Positions 47,433 to 57,174 of a stretch of 64,000 bases of DNA are shown here, in pieces. Origin of the DNA: Spirochaetia bacterium (lineage in GTDB: Bacteria; Spirochaetota; Spirochaetia; UBA9216); NCBI GenBank assembly GCA_963677925.2, contig CAXXYH010000003.1:1088001-1152000 (forward strand). The letters are read 5' to 3'. Each line of letters starts with the position of its first letter. Within the stretch, counting starts at the first letter, position 1. The translations under genes and the position numbers were made by a program. The notes under the pieces are model-generated. The model did not search any database, was not told the origin of the DNA, and was given only the letters and a program-made list of their open reading frames with translations.

Positions 47433-48917
47433 ATGATGCAGTTTCAAAGTTCAGTAAGATCTCACAGCAGACACCATCTTGAACTGAAAACGGATTATCC
47501 GCTCGACAGGACTTCCGGAATAACAAGATACAGAACAGATTTATACTTTTTCTTTCCCAATCAGCTTAACATGAATGAAAAGGTTTTCGGTATCCGGCGT
47601 GTTTTAAGAAATATCAAAATGTATACCCGCTTCTCTACACCGAAGATGTCTCTCAGGATGCTCTCTGATCATAACAATGAATTAAGCCCGATACACAGAA
47701 TAAGAGCTCTGCTTGAAACTCCGGAAACTGAAATTCCCAGGCAGAGAGACCCTCTGGTTTATGAACTTCAGGTCCTTTCCAATATCTACCGTGCAGAACT
47801 GGAGAACACGGTAGAGCTAATCTCTCTGGAGATCCTGAAGCAGAACAGGGAAAGTCCATGCAGGAAAAAGATTGAAGATTTCATTTCCGAAATAAAAGAA
47901 TTCCTTTCTGAATTCAGAAAACTTCACACGCTGTTTCTCTCTCCCCGGCTCAGTGAAATGCAGAGAACAGCCCTTGCCTGGTGTGACGAATCAATCAGCA
48001 TAATTTCAGAGCGTTCTATGAACAAATTATTTTCATCAGCTGAACTGATAGAAAAATCCGATAAGATTCTTCCTTCAATGGAGAAGCTTGCCAAGAACGA
48101 GACAGCATACCGGAGATCGATGGACTACAAATATCTTTACGACGAATCTAATCCCAACATGGGTGAACTTCTGGCATACCGGGAAAGCATGCTTAAAAAA
48201 TGGGCTCAGTCCGCTATGTATATGACCAGGGAGGAGAATCCAAACCAGAGACGCGTCGGTCATATTCTTGCGGGAACGGCCGCCGGAGTGGCAATGCTGT
48301 TTGCAGTAATAGCCACCATTTTTGCCGGTAAGATTTTCATTCCGAACACAATTCCATGGGTCCTGGTTATAATTCTTTCGTATATCTTCAAAGACAGAAT
48401 CAAGGAAGTGCTCCGTGAAGGACTACGAAAGCTTTTCCCTGTTTTCACCTCGGATCAGCATTCATTCCTCTACGATAAATATGATGATACAAGAGTCGGC
48501 TCTGCAAGCTCACTCGCCGAGTTTACAAAGGCCGGCAGGGTTCCGGAGGATATCCAGCGGGAAAGAAATACCGACCCCAATCCATTTCAGTCAATCCTGC
48601 CGGAACAGGATGTTCTTCATTACAGGCGTATAATTGATTTGAATTCAAAAAAGCTGGAAAAAAATCATACAAGGCTGACAGGCATAACCGAGATTTTACG
48701 ATTTCAGATTGCAGACTGGCTGCGGGAAATGGATGATCCCAAGGATATTTTCTACAGGCTGGATGGTCTTAAGAAAATAAAGATAAAAGGAGACAGGGTA
48801 TACAAGATTCATCTTGTCATGAGTCTTAATACAGACCTGTATCATTACAGTATTATTATGAACAGGGCCGGGATTCTGCGAATTGAAGAGCTTTCAGTTC
48901 CGTCACGTTATTTATAG
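47433..48917 (+). CDS. Hypothetical membrane protein (helical N-domain, two-TM hairpin, soluble C-domain)
   Basis: 494-aa ORF; TM hairpin AGTAAGVAMLFAVIATIF...VLVIILSYIFKDRIKE. Confidence 0.75.
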   Translation: MMQFQSSVRSHSRHHLELKTDYPLDRTSGITRYRTDLYFFFPNQLNMNEKVFGIRRVLRNIKMYTRFSTPKMSLRMLSDHNNELSPIHRIRALLETPETEIPRQRDPLVYELQVLSNIYRAELENTVELISLEILKQNRESPCRKKIEDFISEIKEFLSEFRKLHTLFLSPRLSEMQRTALAWCDESISIISERSMNKLFSSAELIEKSDKILPSMEKLAKNETAYRRSMDYKYLYDESNPNMGELLAYRESMLKKWAQSAMYMTREENPNQRRVGHILAGTAAGVAMLFAVIATIFAGKIFIPNTIPWVLVIILSYIFKDRIKEVLREGLRKLFPVFTSDQHSFLYDKYDDTRVGSASSLAEFTKAGRVPEDIQRERNTDPNPFQSILPEQDVLHYRRIIDLNSKKLEKNHTRLTGITEILRFQIADWLREMDDPKDIFYRLDGLKKIKIKGDRVYKIHLVMSLNTDLYHYSIIMNRAGILRIEELSVPSRYL

Positions 48918-48918
48918 C

Positions 48919-49593
48919 TCAGTTCTCAAAACGCAGGCTAACCTGTGCATTAGACTTATGTACCTTGCCTACAAGGTCATGCCCCAGGCTCTGCTGAATT
49001 TTAATCCAGAAGGCGTTATTGCTGACTTTCAGCTTTGAAAGATCACGGCTGGTCCAGAACTTAAGCCGCATCGGCATGTCTGATATTACATCGGCAGAGG
49101 TCGGTTTTCCCGACAGGAAACTCATTTCACCGATAAAATCACCGCGCCCGAGGATGGCTACTGTATTTATTCCGCTTTGCACGTAGGCCTTTCCATCGGT
49201 AACAATAAACACAGCCTCAGCCTTTACATCCTTTCTAAGTATATACCCGCTTTCAATATTTTTATCCTGCCCCATTTTCCAGAATCTCAGAAACTCACGA
49301 TGCGTCATATGGAGAAAATTGGAGTTGTAAATATCCTCAAGATCAGCAGGGATTTTCACATCCCGCCTTTCCAGAAGCAGAAGAATTATGCGGTAAAGGT
49401 TTATTACCAGAAAAACACAGTTCCAGAATACAACAATAGGGTTTCCCTGTTTGGTTCCCGTATAGATAAGCAGAATCTGCGCAGAGATCATAAGTATTCG
49501 CAGAATCAGGATATTTCGCACCGCCAGCCCGATGAGAGTACAGAGGTAGGCAATATTCATAATAATCAATGTAGCAGACAGACTGAAATCCAT
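48919..49593 (-). CDS. Popeye-domain-like membrane protein with cyclic-nucleotide-binding fold
   Basis: Three TMs with IL.LR and WN.VF..IN; ERR linker; FIGEMSF...SADV. Confidence 0.82.
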   Translation of the reverse strand: MDFSLSATLIIMNIAYLCTLIGLAVRNILILRILMISAQILLIYTGTKQGNPIVVFWNCVFLVINLYRIILLLLERRDVKIPADLEDIYNSNFLHMTHREFLRFWKMGQDKNIESGYILRKDVKAEAVFIVTDGKAYVQSGINTVAILGRGDFIGEMSFLSGKPTSADVISDMPMRLKFWTSRDLSKLKVSNNAFWIKIQQSLGHDLVGKVHKSNAQVSLRFEN

Positions 49594-49596
49594 ACT

Positions 49597-51513
49597 CTAT
49601 TTATCGGATATTGGCTGCGAGTATTTACTTTTCACCGGTATAGTAAAATAAAAATCAGAGCCTTTATTCTCAGTACTCTCGACTCTCAGCTTCCCGCCAA
49701 GCTTTTCGGAAAACTCCCGGCAGAGGACGAGCCCCAGGCCTGTACCAAGCTCATTCCCTGTACCGATGGTTGAATGAATCCGTTCGACACTGAACAGTTC
49801 GTTTATTACAGCCTGCGACATTCCGATACCCCTGTCACTTACGCAGACTGTTATTTCTGTTTTATTTTCATCAGCTGAAACAGTAACAGAACCGTCAGTA
49901 TGAGAAAACTTAATAGCATTTGAGATAAGATTCCTTAGAATAGTCTTGAGCATGGATAAATCTGTATTTACCTCAATTTTGTGCTCGGATTTGTAGATTA
50001 TATGAATCCGTTTCTGCATCGCAGCAAGTCTTGTAAGCTCAATGACATCTGAAACTACATCATCAAGTATAAGGTTCTCTGGCTCCACGTTTATTCCGCC
50101 GGTTTCAGTCATAGCCCAATCCAGAAGATTGGATAGAAGATCCATAACCTGCCGGGATGACTGCTGAACCATCCTGACGATAGAACCGACATCTTCTTTT
50201 GGTTCTCGTTCAGTCTTCAGTGCCAGCATATCGCATATACCCACAATCGAGCTTACAGGGTTTCTTAGATCATGTGCAATAATAGAAAAGAAACGATCCT
50301 TAAGCGCATTCATTTCACGAAGCTTTTCTCTGCTTGAAATAATTTCTTCCTCATACTTTTTGAAGACTGTAATATCCTGATTTATACCGAATATCTTGAT
50401 TGTATTTCCGTCCCTGTCCTTTTCAACAGATACTCGTACATTTATACTGCCGGGATTACCATCTGCGTATATCATCCTGTGAACAATCTGCGCAGTGTAG
50501 TCAGCTTTATCGGTATCCAGCGCTTTTTGAATCTCAGTCATCACAAGGTAACGGTCATCAGGATGTACAAATTTTTCCGCATACTGTTCCGGAGACAGGG
50601 TGCTGCCGCCGGCTTCCTTAGTGTCTGTCTTGAATAGAGAATAGAAGGTGTCATTAAAATGAAAAAGATTTTCTTCAACATCATAGACCCAGGGCCCCAG
50701 ATGGGCAATCTTAAGCGCCATATCAAGCTTGCTTTGAGCATCAATCCGGGCTGATTCAGACCGTTTCCTTTTTGAAATATCATGAGCCACGCCGATTATC
50801 ATTTTGGTATTTTCATCACGGTCCAGAGCCAGAGAGAAGCTAGATTCATACCAGACCCAATTCCCCAGCTTATTGCAGACCCTGAATTCAATTGATGAAA
50901 TTTTCCGTCCGTTTTCAGCGACCTGCTGTATTTTTTCCATAAATGCAGGATAATCCTGCTCGTGAATGATTTCACTTACATGGATACCTATAACTTCATG
51001 GACCGAATGCCCCAGTTTTTCCTTCCAGTTAGGACTCACATAATCAAAAATACCGTCTGTTGTAATTGAACAGATAATATCATTTGCGTATTCGACAATC
51101 GATCTGAATTTAATTTCTTTGGCAGATAGGCTGTTTTCAGCCTCCTTAATACTGGTTATATCAATTATTGTAGTTATTGTCTTTTTAGAGACCGCGGTTA
51201 CAGAAGCAGAAATTATACAGTAACGCAGTTCTCCTCGCTTATTTATGTAGGAGGTTTCGTATTCAGCTGGAGCCCCGGTTTCAGATTGATACCTTGCCTG
51301 ATTATACTTTTTAAGCCTGCTTGTCTCATTTACAGGCATCAAATCTGTCCACTTTCGGCCTGTCAGTTCATCTTCGGTGTATCCGCTCAGCACACAGAAT
51401 GCTTCATTAACCAGGGAAATTGTAAAGTCCTGTTCCAGGACGGCAATAGCAGCAGCACTGTTTCTAAAAATTTCCCTGTAAAGTGAATTGTCAAACTCAA
51501 GATTACCGCCCAT
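49597..51513 (-). CDS. Cytoplasmic multi-PAS sensor histidine kinase
   Basis: Three PAS/PAC units; AHDLRNP, RNLISNAIKF, DRGIG, GTGLGL. Confidence 0.93.
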   Translation of the reverse strand: MGGNLEFDNSLYREIFRNSAAAIAVLEQDFTISLVNEAFCVLSGYTEDELTGRKWTDLMPVNETSRLKKYNQARYQSETGAPAEYETSYINKRGELRYCIISASVTAVSKKTITTIIDITSIKEAENSLSAKEIKFRSIVEYANDIICSITTDGIFDYVSPNWKEKLGHSVHEVIGIHVSEIIHEQDYPAFMEKIQQVAENGRKISSIEFRVCNKLGNWVWYESSFSLALDRDENTKMIIGVAHDISKRKRSESARIDAQSKLDMALKIAHLGPWVYDVEENLFHFNDTFYSLFKTDTKEAGGSTLSPEQYAEKFVHPDDRYLVMTEIQKALDTDKADYTAQIVHRMIYADGNPGSINVRVSVEKDRDGNTIKIFGINQDITVFKKYEEEIISSREKLREMNALKDRFFSIIAHDLRNPVSSIVGICDMLALKTEREPKEDVGSIVRMVQQSSRQVMDLLSNLLDWAMTETGGINVEPENLILDDVVSDVIELTRLAAMQKRIHIIYKSEHKIEVNTDLSMLKTILRNLISNAIKFSHTDGSVTVSADENKTEITVCVSDRGIGMSQAVINELFSVERIHSTIGTGNELGTGLGLVLCREFSEKLGGKLRVESTENKGSDFYFTIPVKSKYSQPISDK

Positions 51514-51620
51514 TTACTCCCCTATTTCCATATAAAGGATAGGCTGTTGCACGTTCAGAGTCAAATAATTGGATAGACTTTAATTGGACTTACATTGAAG
51601 CTGAACTTATAATTGAATAT

Positions 51621-53339
51621 ATGAAGAAGTTTTCAATAATTATTATTCTTCTGTTCTGCCTTCATTCTGTGCTGCCCGCTCAAAATGAATCTCCTAATAT
51701 ACTTGTGATTCATTCATATAATCCGGATTATCCATGGACTTCAAATCTTGATAGAGGTCTAACAAATACACTTATTGAACGATATCCCTTTATCTCACTG
51801 GATAAGGAATTTTATGATTCCAAAAGATATCCTGTTGAACTTGTTGAATCTCCTTTTTATAACCACATAAAGAAAAAGTATGAGCATAAGGATTTTGATA
51901 TAGTCCTGACATCTGATGATAACGCTCTTAGATTTTATCTGAAATACAGAGAAGAGCTTTTTCCGAACACTCCCTGTGTTTTCAGTGGGATAAATAATAT
52001 TGATTTGTATGATTTTAAAAAAATGGACAAAATTACAGGGATATCAGAGGATTCAGATTTTGTTGCAAACCTTGAACTGATAGAGAATCTCCCGCTCAAT
52101 ATAGATACTATTGCCGTTATTTCCGATCCGACAACTACAGGCTCTGCAGATTTGATTAAGTTCAGAGAAATTTCAGAACCTTTTAAATCCAGATTTGATT
52201 TTATTGAACTGGTTGACCTCTCAATTGAGGAGCTTCTTTCTGCACTTGAAGAACTATCTCCGACAACAGCCATTTTCTTTATAAGTTTCTGGAGAGATAT
52301 CAACAATAAACCGCTGGAACCTGCTGTTATAATTCCAAAGCTGGCAGAAGTAAGCCAGCGGCCTGTAATTGGCGCCTGGGATTTTTTTATTACCGGAGGG
52401 GCTTTCGGCGGAATTGCAATTAATTCATATAATCACGGAGTCCTGCAGGCTGAATATGCCATTAAAGTTCTGGAAGGAATTCCTCCGGGCAGTATTCCAA
52501 TATTCCGGGGTGAAATAACCACTCCGTATTTCAATTATCAGGCTGTTAAAAAATTCGGACTGAAGATTTCCGACCTTCCGGAAGGAACTGTATTATTCAA
52601 TACTCCGGACACTCTCTATTTCAATAATCCGCAAATGTTCCGGGCAATCCTTATTGTTATTGTGGTGCTCACCGTTATGGTTAGCCTTCTTACATTCAAT
52701 ACTTTTAGAAAAAAACAGATCGAGACGGCACTCAGGAAAACGCTTAAAGAGAAACAGATTCTGCTTCAGGAGATACACCACAGGGTAAAAAATAATCTGC
52801 AGACCATTTCAAGTTTACTCAACCTCCAGTTGTATAATATTTCGGACGAAGAAGCTTCAAAAGCTATCATGGACAGCCAGAACCGTATCGAGGCTATGGC
52901 GCAGGCGCATAAAAAACTTTATGAATCTGACTCGCTGGATGATATTGACTTTGGAGATTATATTCGAAGTCTCAGCCGAATACTGGCTGCACAGGGACCT
53001 GAAGATCTGATAGTTGAAACGAATTGCAGCGAAGTCCCTGCCAGCATAGACATATCAGTTCCTGTTGGATTGATTCTGAATGAACTTATAACAAACAGTA
53101 TTAAATATGCCTTTAATTCAGTCAGCGATAAAAAAATCATAATCACTTGTTCAAGGATTGGGGAAAATAATTTATTACTGACATACACAGACAGTGGGCC
53201 GGGATTTGACCTTGAAACAGAGAAGCACACATCATTGGGACTGCAGCTCGTTGAGGCTCTGTTGCTCCAGCTTCGGGCTGAAATGAAATATGACAATTCT
53301 GACCGCTCCAAATTTCTAATAAACATAAAATTAAATTAA
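51621..53339 (+). CDS. Sensor histidine kinase (HisKA_2 type) with an ABC-SBP-like periplasmic domain
   Basis: ILVIHSY...W, DDNAL, one [31 protein letters not shown]. Confidence 0.92.
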   Translation: MKKFSIIIILLFCLHSVLPAQNESPNILVIHSYNPDYPWTSNLDRGLTNTLIERYPFISLDKEFYDSKRYPVELVESPFYNHIKKKYEHKDFDIVLTSDDNALRFYLKYREELFPNTPCVFSGINNIDLYDFKKMDKITGISEDSDFVANLELIENLPLNIDTIAVISDPTTTGSADLIKFREISEPFKSRFDFIELVDLSIEELLSALEELSPTTAIFFISFWRDINNKPLEPAVIIPKLAEVSQRPVIGAWDFFITGGAFGGIAINSYNHGVLQAEYAIKVLEGIPPGSIPIFRGEITTPYFNYQAVKKFGLKISDLPEGTVLFNTPDTLYFNNPQMFRAILIVIVVLTVMVSLLTFNTFRKKQIETALRKTLKEKQILLQEIHHRVKNNLQTISSLLNLQLYNISDEEASKAIMDSQNRIEAMAQAHKKLYESDSLDDIDFGDYIRSLSRILAAQGPEDLIVETNCSEVPASIDISVPVGLILNELITNSIKYAFNSVSDKKIIITCSRIGENNLLLTYTDSGPGFDLETEKHTSLGLQLVEALLLQLRAEMKYDNSDRSKFLINIKLN

Positions 53340-53426
53340 AAGAAAAGTACAGATTTGCAAGGTCGGTCGCCGGATCCTGAAAGCGGACATAGAATTAACC
53401 TAAATAATAATTAAAGGAGATATTCT

Positions 53427-55106
53427 ATGAAATCCCTAAAGTCAGCCGTAACGGCTCTTCTGCTGGCAGGAGCTGTATTATGCTCTTTTTCATGTGCCTC
53501 ATTTGAGATGCCAGAAGGAGCGAGTATTGAACTTGTTCAGAACGATGTAAGTGAAGCCGGAGGAAGTTTCTTCATCTACACACCTTCAAAAACAAATCAC
53601 CGCTTTGTGATGTCGCCAATGAGAAATTCGGTAATCTATATTTACCCGGATACTCCCTATGCAAATGGAGAAGAAGCACTGGCTGCCATGCATAAAAAAG
53701 GTCTCATCGGGATTGCTGAAGAAAATGCAGCCTATTTAATTGCACCTAACCCGGCAGCTGGAAATGCCTGGAGCGAAGCCGATTTAAGTCTTTATGAAGA
53801 TATACAGGAATGGCTATACGGAGGAAAAGGCGAGGTATTGTTCATGACTCAGAACAAGGTAAGAGCGACAAGCAACCTCACCTACATTGCAGCCGAAGGC
53901 AGCGGTGCTGATTATGTTAACAGCATTGTTGCAAAAGGAAATAACGGAAAAAGAGTTGCAGCTGTACTGACCTGCGGAGGAACAATTGCCAATCAATCCG
54001 CAGAAAGCCTTTCAATCCCTGCATTTATTTCAGGCAGCAGTGCTGAAGTTGAAGCTTTCTACATGAACATAAACGGAACTGATTCTGAACCTGAAACAGG
54101 AGTCTTCGTTAACAGCAGTTTTCCCCTGAAAAGGGTTATAGTTCAGAGCTCAGGCAGTGAACTTACAAAATCAACAGTAAACAAAGCCTGGGATGAACTT
54201 TTCAGTGTCACAGCCAGGTTTAATGTTGACGGAGCTGCAGTACTTACTCCATCTGTATTCTACCTCAACAGCCGGCTCAACTGTGAAAAATACGGACTCA
54301 CAAGAGTTGAACATCTTGATGAAGAACTTGCCGACGGAACAAAGGCCATTTGGTACGACTACATCCCATCAAGCGTGACGGCCGACATGGACAGGAATGT
54401 ACCGCTGGTTATTGCTTTCCATGGAAAAGACGGCGATCCCGAGGATATTGCCGACAGTGCAGGCTGGGCACAAAAAGCTGCTGAAGAGGGATTTATCCTT
54501 ATCGCTCCTGACTACCCGGATCAGGGTATCACAGCCGAGAATAATTCAATTGTTATGCAGATCCTGGATTATGCTGTTAAAACATACCCTGTTGACGAAA
54601 GCCGGATTTATCTTACAGGATTCTCTATGGGCGGAGTTATGTCAGGATTTGTCGGACTGCAGAATACAGATAAAATTGCCGCAATCGCTATAATGGGCTC
54701 AACAGGCTATTATGATGATAACTTTGTTAAACTTGTTGAAGAAAAGAAAGCAGATACCGACCTTCCATTCCTGCTGCTTGTGGGCAAGAAAGACATGCTT
54801 AACATTACACCTGATGAATCGGGAAATCCTGTAATTGGAAACATCTATCCGGGAAGCATTGATTTACTTATGAAGTTTAATGAAATTGAGGTATCTGAAC
54901 GGAATTACGCAGCCTACCCTTTCTGGGGATTTAAAACTGAAGATTCAAGAACTGTTGAAGATAAAGATCTGCATTATGATTTCAGTTATCTTTACAAAAA
55001 TGGAAAAACAGCTGCAGAGTTTATCCTTTTCGAAGAAGCAGGCCACACTCATGCTGATTATTATGCGACCATAGGCTGGGACTTCCTTTCCGGATATACC
55101 AGATAA
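53427..55106 (+). CDS. Lipoprotein serine esterase (PHB depolymerase/feruloyl esterase-like)
   Basis: Cys-containing signal (SFSC); PLVIAFHG, RIYLTGFSMGG, C-terminal AGH. Confidence 0.82.
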   Translation: MKSLKSAVTALLLAGAVLCSFSCASFEMPEGASIELVQNDVSEAGGSFFIYTPSKTNHRFVMSPMRNSVIYIYPDTPYANGEEALAAMHKKGLIGIAEENAAYLIAPNPAAGNAWSEADLSLYEDIQEWLYGGKGEVLFMTQNKVRATSNLTYIAAEGSGADYVNSIVAKGNNGKRVAAVLTCGGTIANQSAESLSIPAFISGSSAEVEAFYMNINGTDSEPETGVFVNSSFPLKRVIVQSSGSELTKSTVNKAWDELFSVTARFNVDGAAVLTPSVFYLNSRLNCEKYGLTRVEHLDEELADGTKAIWYDYIPSSVTADMDRNVPLVIAFHGKDGDPEDIADSAGWAQKAAEEGFILIAPDYPDQGITAENNSIVMQILDYAVKTYPVDESRIYLTGFSMGGVMSGFVGLQNTDKIAAIAIMGSTGYYDDNFVKLVEEKKADTDLPFLLLVGKKDMLNITPDESGNPVIGNIYPGSIDLLMKFNEIEVSERNYAAYPFWGFKTEDSRTVEDKDLHYDFSYLYKNGKTAAEFILFEEAGHTHADYYATIGWDFLSGYTR

Positions 55107-55116
55107 AACTGATTTA

Positions 55117-55152
55117 AAAAGGCTGAAAACCTGTAATAGTTTTCAGCCTTTT
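55117..55152. terminator. Bidirectional intrinsic terminator
   Basis: AAAAGGCTGAAAAC-N8-GTTTTCAGCCTTTT between convergent genes. Confidence 0.75.
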
Positions 55153-56273
55153 CTCTGAAGTTCCTTTCTGTAAGCAGTGGGCGTTTGCCCTGTCTGCTGT
55201 TTAAAAACAGTATTAAATGTAGATTTTGAATTAAACCCGCATCGGAAAGCAATATCAATCAGTTTTACATCCGGGTTAATTTCATTTTTCAGAGCTTTTA
55301 TCACCTCTGAAACTCTGTAGTAATTAATATAGTTATAGAAATTCTTTCCATATATATTATTTATAACTACTGAAAGATGGTAATAGGGAATTTTCATCTG
55401 CTCGGAAAGGTCCTTGATATTAAGTCTTTCATCAAGATAAGGTTTTTCTTTTTCCATATATTCTTCAAGCCTGCCTGCATACAGTTTCTGAAGAGGCAGA
55501 TCGATATTCAGCCTGGAATACTTCGGATTTTCATCAGTCTGATTTGATAAACCGCTGTTAATGAGACTATACATATCTCTGTTCTGGGTGACAATCAACG
55601 GCTGATTTATTAAAAGGCTTAGAATTATAAACATGCTTACACACAGCGTAGTAAGAATAATGATGGCAACAAGCGGTGTCGGTCCTTTAAAAAAAGCATA
55701 CCAGAACCCTGCATTTGAAATGGCAAAAAAGATTAGGGGTGTTATTAGTATCCTCAAAAACCAGTTAATATCTCTTTTTTCAATCTCGGAGAAGTAATCC
55801 CTGATATCGGCAGAGTATTTTTTCATTTTAATAAATGCCAGGCATACATAGATCAGGGAGTTTATCATCCCTATACCAACGATATAGAGAGTATTTTTAG
55901 TCAGCAGCTGTCCGTAAATTCTGGGCGAATCATCAATGATAAATGAAGTAATATGAAAAACCAGTAGTACAGCATAAACACTTAAATGAAGCATTCGGCT
56001 TCCGAGGCTGTTGTGTTTTTGACCCGTGAGCGTAATTGTATAAAAATAAATAAAAACACCGTGAAGTGCATTTGAAGGCAATAGTATAATAGAAAACAAA
56101 TCACCGATTTTCCACATTCCTAAATTCCAGAAAAAAAACGGTAAATAAGAGGCTGCTGAAATCAGAATGAACCATGATAAAAATGCATTTGCCTCACGAT
56201 TCTGTTTGGAAACAGTGATGACAAAACCTGTAAGGACTGCCATAGAAATTGAAATGACCTGTGTGTGATGCAT
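55143..56273 (-). CDS. Membrane-bound (multi-TM) AraC family regulator
   Basis: TM N-terminus; KPYLD..L, NFYNYINYYR, IAFRCGFNSKSTFN.VFK. Confidence 0.93.
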   Translation of the reverse strand: MHHTQVISISMAVLTGFVITVSKQNREANAFLSWFILISAASYLPFFFWNLGMWKIGDLFSIILLPSNALHGVFIYFYTITLTGQKHNSLGSRMLHLSVYAVLLVFHITSFIIDDSPRIYGQLLTKNTLYIVGIGMINSLIYVCLAFIKMKKYSADIRDYFSEIEKRDINWFLRILITPLIFFAISNAGFWYAFFKGPTPLVAIIILTTLCVSMFIILSLLINQPLIVTQNRDMYSLINSGLSNQTDENPKYSRLNIDLPLQKLYAGRLEEYMEKEKPYLDERLNIKDLSEQMKIPYYHLSVVINNIYGKNFYNYINYYRVSEVIKALKNEINPDVKLIDIAFRCGFNSKSTFNTVFKQQTGQTPTAYRKELQRKG

Positions 56274-56429
56274 CAGACTGTTTAATATTTCCGTAAGATA
56301 TCTCCATATTCCAGTGATAAGCAGTCAATATTAAAATTAATGCTGTCTGGTATCAATAAGGAATTCAAAACTAAGCACTAACCTGTCGAGAAAATTAATA
56401 TAGGTATAATAAAGCTTGGAGTTAAGTTA

Positions 56430-57068
56430 ATGAACGATGAAAAAGATTATTCCGGACTTCTGAATCTGCCTGATAAGATCGGAGAGATATCAGAATATTA
56501 TGACAGCTGGGCAAAAGAATACAATGACACCCTGAAACAGTGGGATTATCATGCCCCTGAAAATGCAGCAGAAATAATCAGCAGCAATGTACCTGTATCA
56601 GGAGAGATTCTTGATGCAGGATGCGGAACAGGACTTGTCGGCACTGCACTTGCAGCAAAGGGATTCACAAAAATAGACGGTATAGATTTATCGGCAGAAT
56701 CACTCATTCAGGCATCAAAAGCCTCTGTTTACCGCAGTCTTCATGAGCTGAATATGAAAGAACTGCCGCTGCCTATTGACTCAAACACATACGACGGATT
56801 GCTCTGTGTAGGTGTCCTTACCTATCTGCCGGACAGTACAGATATCATTCGTGAATTCTCCCGAATAGTAAAACCAGGCGGGATAGTAGCTCTTACACAG
56901 AGGGATGATATATTCCAGGAAAGGAACTTCGATACAGTTCTTGATAAGCTGGTGGAGAAGCAGGTAATCGCAGACCTTAAAATATCTGCACCTCTTCCAT
57001 ACCTTCCGGAAAACGAGGAATTCGGCGAAGATATTCTGGTACAGTACATAAGTTTCAGAGCCGCATAA
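56430..57068 (+). CDS. Class I SAM-dependent methyltransferase
   Basis: YDSWAKEY, ILDAGCGTGLVG, GIDLS. Confidence 0.9.
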   Translation: MNDEKDYSGLLNLPDKIGEISEYYDSWAKEYNDTLKQWDYHAPENAAEIISSNVPVSGEILDAGCGTGLVGTALAAKGFTKIDGIDLSAESLIQASKASVYRSLHELNMKELPLPIDSNTYDGLLCVGVLTYLPDSTDIIREFSRIVKPGGIVALTQRDDIFQERNFDTVLDKLVEKQVIADLKISAPLPYLPENEEFGEDILVQYISFRAA

Positions 57069-57174
57069 ATTATATAAAAATATGTTTCCATTATTTATGC
57101 AAATGCGGTATAGTAACTTTAATATAAAAATCAGAGTAATCGATTACAACCTTAGTATATAAGGAACACGGCCG

